In this document: positions 10,182-19,417 of the stretch, one piece after another | Layout of the letters: each line of letters starts with the position of its first letter | Numbering within the stretch: the stretch's first letter is position 1 | Source of the DNA: Candidatus Hodarchaeota archaeon | GTDB taxonomy: Archaea; Asgardarchaeota; Heimdallarchaeia; Hodarchaeales; Hodarchaeaceae | Length of the DNA: 64,000 bases | NCBI GenBank assembly: GCA_016840035.1 | Contig: JAEOTC010000086.1 | Coordinates: forward strand, 1-64,000 | Direction of reading: 5' to 3' | Translations under genes and position numbers: made by a program | Notes under the pieces: model-generated | The model's input: the letters and a program-made list of their open reading frames with translations, nothing else | Told to the model about the DNA's origin: nothing | The model's database searches: none

Positions 10182-11390
10182 TCACTTATTTTGCTTATCT
10201 CTTTTCCTTTTGATATGAATCCAAGTAAGACCAATTAATATTCCTACAGAGGAGTATGATGATATTTCAGGGGCAGTAGGAGAATCTGAAAGACTAGTGA
10301 TATCTGATCCTCCTGGTGATTTCCACAAATTCACATTCGTGCCTTGTTCTGTAAAGTATGTTGTTTGTGCGATACTCTTGATATATATTTGCTCACTGGG
10401 ATTTGTTGGATCACTCACATCAAAAACAGCTATTCCTTCACTCCCAGTAGCGACATACGCATAATCTCCATCGACATATACATCTTTCCAATTATTTTCA
10501 TAATATTCCGATATTGGATCTCCTGGATTTGTGGGATCTGTAACGTCGATAATCACGAGCCCAGAATTTCCATCTATCAGATAAGCAAACCCATTCGCAA
10601 CACAAATGCTTCTTGTTTGTCCTCCCGTTTCCTTTTCTACTAGTTCTCCTGGATTAGATGGATCACTTATATCAACGATTGCTAATCCCCAGTAGAAATC
10701 GGCTATGTAAGCATAATTATCAACAACCCATATATCCATTGTTTCACTATCTGTATCCACATAGATTGGATTTCCTGGATCCATTGGACTACTAATATCC
10801 ATTATTATCAATTTCATCCTTTCTGCTAAGAATACGTGATTTCCTGACACATATACATTAAATACTTCTTTTGATTCATATTCGACAATCGGTTCCTCAG
10901 GATCCATTAAATCAGCCATATTAACTATTGCTAATCCCATTCCTTCATATCCTAAGAATGCAATTTTTTCTTTGATAAATATCATTGGTCGTGCATTTAA
11001 TTGTACATTCAAAATATCTGGAGGGAAATTTTTTGTCAGATTCAAGTAAATGGGTGAATTCAATGTACCATCAGTATTTATTTCAAGTATACAAAGTCCA
11101 GTATTTTTCACTCCAGCATATATTTTATTCCCTTGTTTCATTACTGATCCTAAATCTCCCGTGAGTGGTATTACTGTTGCGGTCCAAGGACCTACGTTAT
11201 TTGCAGGACTGATCATTACCAAATCTTCACCACTTGAACAATATATGACATCTTCAGACACATATACGTTTGAAGCATCAAGATATATCGTTTCATTGGT
11301 TTTTCCAGTTGATAGCTGAACGGATCCCCATAATATTATAACCAAGCTTAGTATTACTATTTTTATTAATCGCTTATCCAAGTAATTCAT
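10182..11390 (-). CDS. LVIVD-repeat beta-propeller surface protein with C-terminal anchor
   Basis: Repeated YAY(V/I)A....GL.I(V/I)D(I/V)SDP.NP; signal peptide; C-terminal hydrophobic segment plus KRKR. Confidence 0.9.
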   Translation of the reverse strand: MNYLDKRLIKIVILSLVIILWGSVQLSTGKTNETIYLDASNVYVSEDVIYCSSGEDLVMISPANNVGPWTATVIPLTGDLGSVMKQGNKIYAGVKNTGLCILEINTDGTLNSPIYLNLTKNFPPDILNVQLNARPMIFIKEKIAFLGYEGMGLAIVNMADLMDPEEPIVEYESKEVFNVYVSGNHVFLAERMKLIIMDISSPMDPGNPIYVDTDSETMDIWVVDNYAYIADFYWGLAIVDISDPSNPGELVEKETGGQTRSICVANGFAYLIDGNSGLVIIDVTDPTNPGDPISEYYENNWKDVYVDGDYAYVATGSEGIAVFDVSDPTNPSEQIYIKSIAQTTYFTEQGTNVNLWKSPGGSDITSLSDSPTAPEISSYSSVGILIGLTWIHIKRKRDKQNK

Positions 11391-11424
11391 CGTTTATCAT
11401 CCAAGAACGAGTTTTTTTTTGACT

Positions 11425-11478
11425 ATTCGCTAATTTCTTTTATAATACTAATATGATATATAAAATTTTAGCTGATTT
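11425..11478 (-). promoter_or_regulatory. Upstream element copy 2 (before LVIVD gene), includes TATA-like TTTATATA
   Basis: Near-identical to 9859-9913. Confidence 0.6.
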
Positions 11479-11649
11479 AGATAGAAAGAACGGTGAGAAT
11501 GTCGAAAATGACGACGATTGATTGGTTTTTCGAAAATGAGTGTGCGAGAAATTTTATATTGTTGTCAGACAAATTCGTCCATGTCCAGTAATTCAGGGAG
11601 TATAATTGATAGAAAAAATGGTGTAGAATCAATTCTTATTAATTGCCTA

Positions 11650-14600
11650 TCAAACTTCTTCAATTAGGTCAGTGGTTTTGTATATCTCCTTATATGATAA
11701 AACAATGTACGAAACAAGATTTCGCAGTTCAATGACTGATTCTAAAATTCCTTCTTTGTTATCTGGTTCATTAGTCATCAACATGTGAATTTTGTGTACA
11801 GCTGATTGCAGCTCCTCTTTAAATTGACTGATCAATGGAAAGATTTCAGGGATAATGAGGATATTTGCAGTGTAATTGTCCGCTCCTCCCCTTGCTTCAG
11901 GATTCTCAATAGAATAGCTATATGACATTGAATTAATACGAATTAGAGATTCTAAGGAGTAATCGAAGCTTGAATACAATTTCGAAGTAAAATCATCTAC
12001 AAAACCGCAACTATTAAACGATCGATCTGATAAGGAAATCAATGGAGGGATATTATCCTGTAAGAGATCAGGGATAACGATCAATGGTAGTGGTCCAGAC
12101 CGCTGATCAAAATAGGAGATTACGATTCCGAGAGAATGGAGATCCAGAGAATTAATTATTTCTTCTTCAGTTATTTTATTGATACCCTTCATAACGAGTC
12201 CTTTATCTAATCCAACGAGTTCAGGTTTACGGATAAACTTAATGTAACTGATAGATCCAATCAATACACAAAGAACGGTAAGTATTGACAACGGGACGAT
12301 CCATTCTGGCAGACCTTGGGGACTAAAGATGAATCGATTTTCGGAGATTCGTTGAGGGAAATTTCTGATATCAAATGCTGTTGGGTTCTCATTTCCATGG
12401 CTATCAGATGTACTAATGTAATAAATTATTTCAAGATCTGACTTATTATGGAGAAATTCTATCGTTGAAACCCAGATTTCATTTCCATTAATTTCGCTCT
12501 GATTTTGATAAATCATGAATGAAGCTTTCCATTCCGATATCCTAGCCCCACTGCCTTCATTCACTGGTTTGAAATAATAATATAAGATAACATCATTAAT
12601 GGTTGAACCATATTCCTCAATTTCCGCATAAAAGGTTAAGGTTTGGGGGTTTATTTCATCGTCTTTTTCAAAGTATGCATTGACCACCCTAGGAGCAACT
12701 TTGTCCTCCGTTGTAAATTCAATATATTTTTGTACAGTTATTTCAAACTCTGTGGAATAATCCACTTTAGATATCACTGTGACATCTATTCGCATTAATT
12801 TTCCTAGATTAGTATAATTTGTGAGTTCATAATCAAGTGTCCATAAAGAACCATTCATTTCAGCCCATTTTGTTGGTTCAATAGTTATGTTTTCAATACT
12901 AAACTGAAATTGTACCTCTGTTATTGGATTTCGAGGATCTGTTACATTTACCCAGAAGGTATAATGACCTTCTCTGTCTGATATAATTTCTATTCCAATT
13001 TCCTCTATTGTGGGTTGGCTTTCTATGATTATAGTTAGATTCATCTGAGTACCAAAGATTTCGTTATCATAAGGTTGAACTTCTACATACCAAGTGTCTC
13101 CATAGGATGTAGCATTCGCTGGAATTCTGCTTAAATTATCATATTGGGAAAGATGGATTTGATTCTGATACCATCGAACTACTGAGCTATCTATATCACC
13201 ATCCACGTCTTGGAAAGCATAACTTAATTGGATTGCTTCGCTTTCAAGTAAAAATTCGGAAAAAATCGTGTCTGTAAATTGCAGATTCGAAATTTCGGGA
13301 GCTTTGTTAATAACCATTATTTCTTGCGATGATTGATTCGCAGACCAGTCTTTTCCATCATAAACTCGCACAATCACAAACCAAATATCCCCCTTAGATA
13401 ATTCTGATTGAGGTATTGTTTCAGAATTGATAAAAGTTTCTTCAGATTCATAATTTCTTATCCAAAGGATGGAATAGCTAACTATTGGGTCTTGATCAGG
13501 GTCATAAATTATTATATCATCATTTAGGTTCAAGGTTAAACTTGAATCTGCGTATGTGACGTTTAAACCGTTGATCAGTGAAATATCTAAAGTAATTGGT
13601 GCGGTATTTAAAATAATGGCTGGGGGTAAAATATATTCTTGACTGTAATCGATAGAATCAAATACTTTCAGATATACTATCCATACCTCATCAGCTGATG
13701 TAGAAGAAGAGTTTACTTCTGTTTTATTTGTTAATTCATCAACAAGAAGACCATTTCGATACCATTTAATCATCCAGGCATTACTTTGATTATCATTATC
13801 ATAATCAACAAATTCCCAGGAAATTTGGAGCTTATCATCAGTATATGGGTCATTTGGGAGAACAACAATATTTTGAGCCTCTGGAATTGCGTTAACTATT
13901 GTAATTGATGTTGAATATTGAATAAGACTGTAATTAGTTCCATCAAAAACGCTTAGAGAAAAATTGATAATATCTCCCCTACTGAGGAGTTCTTTAGATA
14001 AGAAAGTCTGATTTCTTGCCTCAATTACTTCTGTTCCATTTTTATACCAGAAGATCCTTGTAGAATTTAACCATTCAGTATCGGCATCATGATCAGTATA
14101 TGAATAGGCGAAACTTAGATCATTTTGAACAGTTGGAGAACCCTGAGACCATTCTAGAGTGAGAATATTTGGGGGGGTATTTCCGATAATAATTTGAGAC
14201 GAATTGACCCAATATCCATAATCACCGTACCTGTCTCTTGGTCTTACACTGACTATCCAATAATCACCTTTCACCAAATAATCAACTGAGACTGTTGATC
14301 CAGTTAACTCCTCAACAATTATACCATTTCGATACCAGCGGTAGCTAGAACCCACAACTAAACCATTACCATCTACTTCAATATCATAGATGAAAAGCGG
14401 ATGATCCCTATCCTCAGCAGTATAATTTACTGATAGAGGAGTAGATGCGATATATATGCTACTCTCATTGACTCCAAGAATTCTGGGGACTCCTATAATT
14501 TCTGGAATCGCGTTTCCTATTTGGAAATAATCTGTTTGATACATACTCCCCGGTTCTTCACCATCATTTGGAGTGATTTGTGCGTATAGAATATCTCCTG

Positions 14601-17600
14601 CTTTAAAAGATATATATGATAGGTTTTCAGTATTCTGGCCTGATATTACACTCCCATTGATATAATACCAATTAATAATGAATTTCGGTTTATCTTCAGA
14701 ATCGTCATCGACATCTATGAAGGTGTATATTAGTGAAATATTTTGACTTGTATTTTCCCCACCTTGTATGCCTAAATCTTGGATAGAAGGAGGAGTATTG
14801 AGTATATAGGTACTTGATGTAAAATACCATGAAGAGTAGTTCTCACCATCAAAAAGTTGAATAGAACAATTCCACTGTTCTCCTTTTGTGGTAAATTGTG
14901 AGGAGATTTCTGTTAAATTAGCAAACGACGTATTCAATGTACCATTAATATACCAATTAATGGTGAAGTCTTCCTGAATGTCTCCATCGAGGTCATTGAA
15001 GTCCCAATCAACAGTCAGATTATAAATAGTCGTGGTATTCGAAGTATATACTAAATTATCCAATTCTGGACTCGAATTTTGGATTTCTATCTGGGGGGAA
15101 TTATAAATGACCGACCAATTTAATCCATCATACACACTAAGAGTATAGTTCCATATCTGATTTTTCCCTGTAAAACTAGAATCTACTATGAGTGAATTAT
15201 TGAGATTTGGTTGTAATATGCCATTTTTATACCAAAGAACGTTTTTCTGTACCTCTTGGTGGCCATCAGCATCGAAATAACTATAACTAGCAATTAGATC
15301 TTCAATTGTAGTATTGGTGTCTCCTATAAGTTCAAGATTTTGTGCTTCGGGAAGTGTGTTCACATAAGCTCCTATTGAAAGGATCCCAGAGGTATAATTT
15401 GAACTATAATTATACCCATCATACACTCTAATAACATATTGCCATGTTTCTCCAGAAGTTGTTTCCAAACTTAATAAAACTGTATCATTCGTTTTTGATG
15501 AATTCAATATTCCATTCAGATACCAATATACGATTCTCTCAGTTGTATGTTCTGAATCTCCATCACGATCGTCATAATTGTATGTGATATTTATGAAGTC
15601 ACTTGTTGTAACATCCTCGGTCTTGTTAAATGAGGGAACATTGGCTAAGACTGGTATGGAATTGAGAATTGTTGTATTCAAGGAGATATAAGGATTCGAA
15701 TACTCTTCTCCGTCAAATAATTGGACTTCAAACCGATATATTTCCCCTCGTGTTAAGTTCCCTGGTGTGACATAGGTAGCGTTTTCTAACTCGGGGATCT
15801 GCGTCCAAGTGCCAGTCCATCGATACCATCTTATTATAGTTACATCGATAAAATCATCTGGAAAATCCCCATCTATGTCAATAGAAATCCACTCCGCCCG
15901 TAATTCATCACTACTTGTTGGAAATGGAGTAATATTTATATCAGTTACTTCTGCAGGGGTGTTCTGAATGGTTGTTATAGAAGATTTATACTGCTGCGAA
16001 TAATCTATCCCATCTGAAACTTGAAGTGTGTAGTTCCAGCTCTGACCCTTTAAGGTAGCTGTTGATGGAATAACCTTTGCATTCTCAAACATTGGTTGAA
16101 GAATTCCATTTTTATACCAGTGTATAATCCAATTGGAAGATTCATTGTTCCCGTCGATATCATAAAATGTCCAATTCGCAGAAAGAGTTTCATTACTTCT
16201 TGGGTTCATCGTTAATATTAAATTGGATGCCTCTGGTGGATGATTAGGTCCTGTTCCTGTATGCTCTAAAGATGTAAACGTATTCCCCGAAGTATCATTT
16301 ACTATGACGGTAAATTTTAAGAAAAGGTTTTGACCAATAAAAATTGTATCGTTGATATATTCTGAAGCTGTTGGACTCATAACCGCCCATAAGTTGTTTT
16401 TTGGAATCCCATCCACCTCTGTCACATTGACTATAACAACATCAATTTCTCCCCAGCTATCGGAAACATTTGCCTTAAATGTACCATTGTAAGCTAAATT
16501 AGAATAATATTCCCAATCATCTACGTTAGGAATGGTAGAGTCATATGAAAATGTATGATTCTTAATCTCAGAAGGAGAGGTAATGTAGTTATCAGCAGTA
16601 TCTGACGTATTTTCGATGGAAAATGTATAAGTCTGGTTGAATTCCACTATTAACTGCTTAGTCCAAAAGCCTGATCCGTTGTAAGTCATAGTATATTGAG
16701 ATGTATTCACCTCTAATGTAACTTCATTAACATTAGATTGAGAGTCAGTGATATTTGCCCAAAAAATTCCCACTCCTGTTCCTAAATCATCGATACCAAA
16801 ATTGTTAATTTCTGGAGGAGTTTCATCATTATCCCATGAATTCAATAAAGTAATATCTATATTCCATTGGTCTTGAGAGAGATCTGAGCTCTCATTACTG
16901 CCTTTAAAACGAATAGTAAATGTAGATGAGGTTAAGTAATTCTGAACACTGATATTATTCCACGAATTTGCAATTAGATTGGGAATTACAGTTATCCATG
17001 AATCATTCCATACTTCAACTTTGAGGGATTCCGTACCACAGCTACCAGTATAAATTGCTAATTCTGCATAAGGCTTCGTAAATTCTGCTGAGGTCCACTG
17101 TGCTTCAAGATCCAGTTCATATTTTGGCGTGGGAATAATATCGATTTGTAATACTGCCATATTACATTGGTGCTCTCCATATTTATTTGCTGTAGGATCT
17201 TCAGTTCTTAAGAAAATCTTGGTTTGATTAATTTTAAGTTCAGTATCGATAATTGCACTTATGTCAATTTCTTTCCAGGTGAGATTTGCTTCCCCTGAGA
17301 AATCCATTACTTCGCTCCATATACTTCCATTCCATAAATGAACTGAAAAGTACCCATCCATGGGGTAATCCGAATTGGCCTTGCCATAAACACGTAATTT
17401 GACTGAAGTAATTGTCCCGTGTATGTTAATATCTTGGAATCCAAAATCTCCCATTTCATCCCCATTTTTACTACCCACTGCGTTTCCCACAGCATGGACT
17501 TCATTCACAGATGGGGTTGTTTGATTATCCAAATAGGGAGAAGCTCCAGTTTTTGCCCATTTATTTCGATTAATGTCCCATGAGTCAACTGTCAGCTCTA

Positions 17601-18012
17601 TCTGGGTTATTGTATTTGTATCTTCTTCTTTCAACGTATCATAAAGAGAATCAGGCCCATTTTTCTGATTGGTAAAATCTGAATGACTTCCAAAGTCATC
17701 CATATTGTCAATATTTGATACATTGTTGTCCACAGAGTCTTCTTCTGAGTCAATAATTTTTGCGTTTATTCCTCTTAATACCGTATTATTATCATTTCTT
17801 TCATTTTGAGTCATTAAACGAGGGATATTTCCTGGTTCTTTCTCCGTTACCTTTGAATTTTCATGTAATACCCCAAATTCATGCATTAACCTACTGAGAA
17901 TACTCGTTGATTCATGAGAGTTTTCATCCTGAATTGGTAATTCCGTTACTAGGAAATTCATTGAAAGAAATATCATTAGGAGAAGAATTTTGTATTTATA
18001 GAGAGCTTTCAA
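11650..18012 (-). CDS. Giant single-pass receptor-like protein: tandem Ig/cadherin-like repeats, TM, cytoplasmic FLCN/SMCR8-like longin (uDENN) domain
   Basis: Signal peptide; 11 repeats of about 98 aa; TM WIVPLSILTVLCVLIGSISYI followed by KFIRK; tail motifs ISYFDQRSGPLPL and SYSIENPEARGG. Confidence 0.8.
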   Translation of the reverse strand: MKALYKYKILLLMIFLSMNFLVTELPIQDENSHESTSILSRLMHEFGVLHENSKVTEKEPGNIPRLMTQNERNDNNTVLRGINAKIIDSEEDSVDNNVSNIDNMDDFGSHSDFTNQKNGPDSLYDTLKEEDTNTITQIELTVDSWDINRNKWAKTGASPYLDNQTTPSVNEVHAVGNAVGSKNGDEMGDFGFQDINIHGTITSVKLRVYGKANSDYPMDGYFSVHLWNGSIWSEVMDFSGEANLTWKEIDISAIIDTELKINQTKIFLRTEDPTANKYGEHQCNMAVLQIDIIPTPKYELDLEAQWTSAEFTKPYAELAIYTGSCGTESLKVEVWNDSWITVIPNLIANSWNNISVQNYLTSSTFTIRFKGSNESSDLSQDQWNIDITLLNSWDNDETPPEINNFGIDDLGTGVGIFWANITDSQSNVNEVTLEVNTSQYTMTYNGSGFWTKQLIVEFNQTYTFSIENTSDTADNYITSPSEIKNHTFSYDSTIPNVDDWEYYSNLAYNGTFKANVSDSWGEIDVVIVNVTEVDGIPKNNLWAVMSPTASEYINDTIFIGQNLFLKFTVIVNDTSGNTFTSLEHTGTGPNHPPEASNLILTMNPRSNETLSANWTFYDIDGNNESSNWIIHWYKNGILQPMFENAKVIPSTATLKGQSWNYTLQVSDGIDYSQQYKSSITTIQNTPAEVTDINITPFPTSSDELRAEWISIDIDGDFPDDFIDVTIIRWYRWTGTWTQIPELENATYVTPGNLTRGEIYRFEVQLFDGEEYSNPYISLNTTILNSIPVLANVPSFNKTEDVTTSDFINITYNYDDRDGDSEHTTERIVYWYLNGILNSSKTNDTVLLSLETTSGETWQYVIRVYDGYNYSSNYTSGILSIGAYVNTLPEAQNLELIGDTNTTIEDLIASYSYFDADGHQEVQKNVLWYKNGILQPNLNNSLIVDSSFTGKNQIWNYTLSVYDGLNWSVIYNSPQIEIQNSSPELDNLVYTSNTTTIYNLTVDWDFNDLDGDIQEDFTINWYINGTLNTSFANLTEISSQFTTKGEQWNCSIQLFDGENYSSWYFTSSTYILNTPPSIQDLGIQGGENTSQNISLIYTFIDVDDDSEDKPKFIINWYYINGSVISGQNTENLSYISFKAGDILYAQITPNDGEEPGSMYQTDYFQIGNAIPEIIGVPRILGVNESSIYIASTPLSVNYTAEDRDHPLFIYDIEVDGNGLVVGSSYRWYRNGIIVEELTGSTVSVDYLVKGDYWIVSVRPRDRYGDYGYWVNSSQIIIGNTPPNILTLEWSQGSPTVQNDLSFAYSYTDHDADTEWLNSTRIFWYKNGTEVIEARNQTFLSKELLSRGDIINFSLSVFDGTNYSLIQYSTSITIVNAIPEAQNIVVLPNDPYTDDKLQISWEFVDYDNDNQSNAWMIKWYRNGLLVDELTNKTEVNSSSTSADEVWIVYLKVFDSIDYSQEYILPPAIILNTAPITLDISLINGLNVTYADSSLTLNLNDDIIIYDPDQDPIVSYSILWIRNYESEETFINSETIPQSELSKGDIWFVIVRVYDGKDWSANQSSQEIMVINKAPEISNLQFTDTIFSEFLLESEAIQLSYAFQDVDGDIDSSVVRWYQNQIHLSQYDNLSRIPANATSYGDTWYVEVQPYDNEIFGTQMNLTIIIESQPTIEEIGIEIISDREGHYTFWVNVTDPRNPITEVQFQFSIENITIEPTKWAEMNGSLWTLDYELTNYTNLGKLMRIDVTVISKVDYSTEFEITVQKYIEFTTEDKVAPRVVNAYFEKDDEINPQTLTFYAEIEEYGSTINDVILYYYFKPVNEGSGARISEWKASFMIYQNQSEINGNEIWVSTIEFLHNKSDLEIIYYISTSDSHGNENPTAFDIRNFPQRISENRFIFSPQGLPEWIVPLSILTVLCVLIGSISYIKFIRKPELVGLDKGLVMKGINKITEEEIINSLDLHSLGIVISYFDQRSGPLPLIVIPDLLQDNIPPLISLSDRSFNSCGFVDDFTSKLYSSFDYSLESLIRINSMSYSYSIENPEARGGADNYTANILIIPEIFPLISQFKEELQSAVHKIHMLMTNEPDNKEGILESVIELRNLVSYIVLSYKEIYKTTDLIEEV
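13015..16246 (-). repeat. 11 tandem ~98-aa Ig/cadherin-like repeats (coding)
   Basis: Consensus N.pP...(l)...y.y.D.DGD....i.WY.NG......W...v.v.DG.dyS. Confidence 0.85.
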
Positions 18013-18082
18013 TTGTTCCTTCCTCTATACATTATCTCATAGAAGTACTTTTGAATTAAGACACTAACTATCCTATTGTTAA

Positions 18083-18985
18083 TCATACTAGATCTTTCAA
18101 GGCATTAGCTACCTCATCCATTTTAATAAGAATATATTGGAGGGGTGCAACCTTTTTTGCAATTCCTGTCAAAATTATTTCAGATTTTAACCGTTCACAC
18201 ACGAAAATTAGATTATCCGTTTCTAGGTAAGTCTTATAGGTGCTTGAAGTTTTGAATTCGTCTTGAATTCGATCCAAATTACTTAACCACAGGTTTGCGG
18301 GAATTAAAATGGAATCTGCAAGATCACCCTCCTCAAAGACAGGTAATCCTTCTTCGGTATACAAAGCTATTCCTGCTAGTTCTTCAGTGCTTTCAATAAA
18401 TCTCTGTAATACTTCAGAGATGGTTTTAGCTTCAGAGCTTTGAATTATCATTGCTTGAACGATTTCTGCTGTCACCTTATAGATAGTTTTCTCATAAATT
18501 GAAGTCCCACGATAATGGATTTCCATCTGCTCTGGAGGAGTGAAAAACTCAACCAATGTTTCAATAATCTGTGCTCTAGTACCTGGTAAAACAAGGTCCA
18601 TTTTATGAAACAAACAATATATGATCGCATTAGGAGAATATTTCTTCAGTTTATTTACCGCGTTCTTAAAGTAAAATTTACTTGTTGATACTTGATCAAA
18701 ATCTGAAAGATCCACTACCCAAACTAAAATTGCTACGTTATTAAAAATTAATTCTGCTTGTTCTCCGATAAATACGGATATAAAACTCTTTTGTCCCCCA
18801 CAATCGAAGATTTCGAAAGGACTACGAATGATGGTTTTCATAGAACGAGTGTAATTTATTGTCGCTTTGTAATCTTTTACTTCTTCAGGAGATTTACCCT
18901 CAAATGCTACAGATCGAATACTACTTTTTCCACTTGCTCCAAGTCCCATCAATAATAGTTTTTTCGGTTGATCGGCTGTATCCAA
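18083..18985 (-). CDS. RagA/Gtr1-like GTPase with C-terminal roadblock/longin-like domain
   Basis: KLLLMGLGASGKSSIRSVAF (cf. Gtr1 KLLLMGRSGSGKSSMRSIIF), DCGGQ, HKMD, TSIY; tail GIALYTEEGLPV is roadblock-like. Confidence 0.88.
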   Translation of the reverse strand: MDTADQPKKLLLMGLGASGKSSIRSVAFEGKSPEEVKDYKATINYTRSMKTIIRSPFEIFDCGGQKSFISVFIGEQAELIFNNVAILVWVVDLSDFDQVSTSKFYFKNAVNKLKKYSPNAIIYCLFHKMDLVLPGTRAQIIETLVEFFTPPEQMEIHYRGTSIYEKTIYKVTAEIVQAMIIQSSEAKTISEVLQRFIESTEELAGIALYTEEGLPVFEEGDLADSILIPANLWLSNLDRIQDEFKTSSTYKTYLETDNLIFVCERLKSEIILTGIAKKVAPLQYILIKMDEVANALKDLV

Positions 18986-19417
18986 ATGTAACCACCTAAA
19001 CTATTTTTGTTTGAAAAGTTCCAAGGAATTATTATCCATGCATTAATATTGCTCTTCTTTTTTATTAGTATCTTAATAACAAATTTTTGAGACAAAGAAT
19101 TCTACCTTCAAAGTAGAAAGAAAAATCAGATTTGGACGAATATCAAGATCAAAGGAGATTTCCTAGATATAATTCTAAAAGAGCTTAACTAAGGCATTTT
19201 TAGGTAAAAATCTACTGTAGAGAGAACAAAAATCGAAGTAAGATTCTCTACAAAATATATCAAGAATTCATAAGGTTTAACTGGATTTACTTCACATTAC
19301 TATCTAGCTCTAGCCTTAAACTGGTCTCTTTTGAAAAATGACCTTATTTACAAATATTAAAAATATGGTCTCTGTAGGAATTAGATATGGAATGTGGACT
19401 GAGAAAAAAGTGGACGG

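Noticed and set aside
9987-10238. 83-aa + strand ORF
   Set aside because: Overlaps the LVIVD 3' end and the structured element; no protein features
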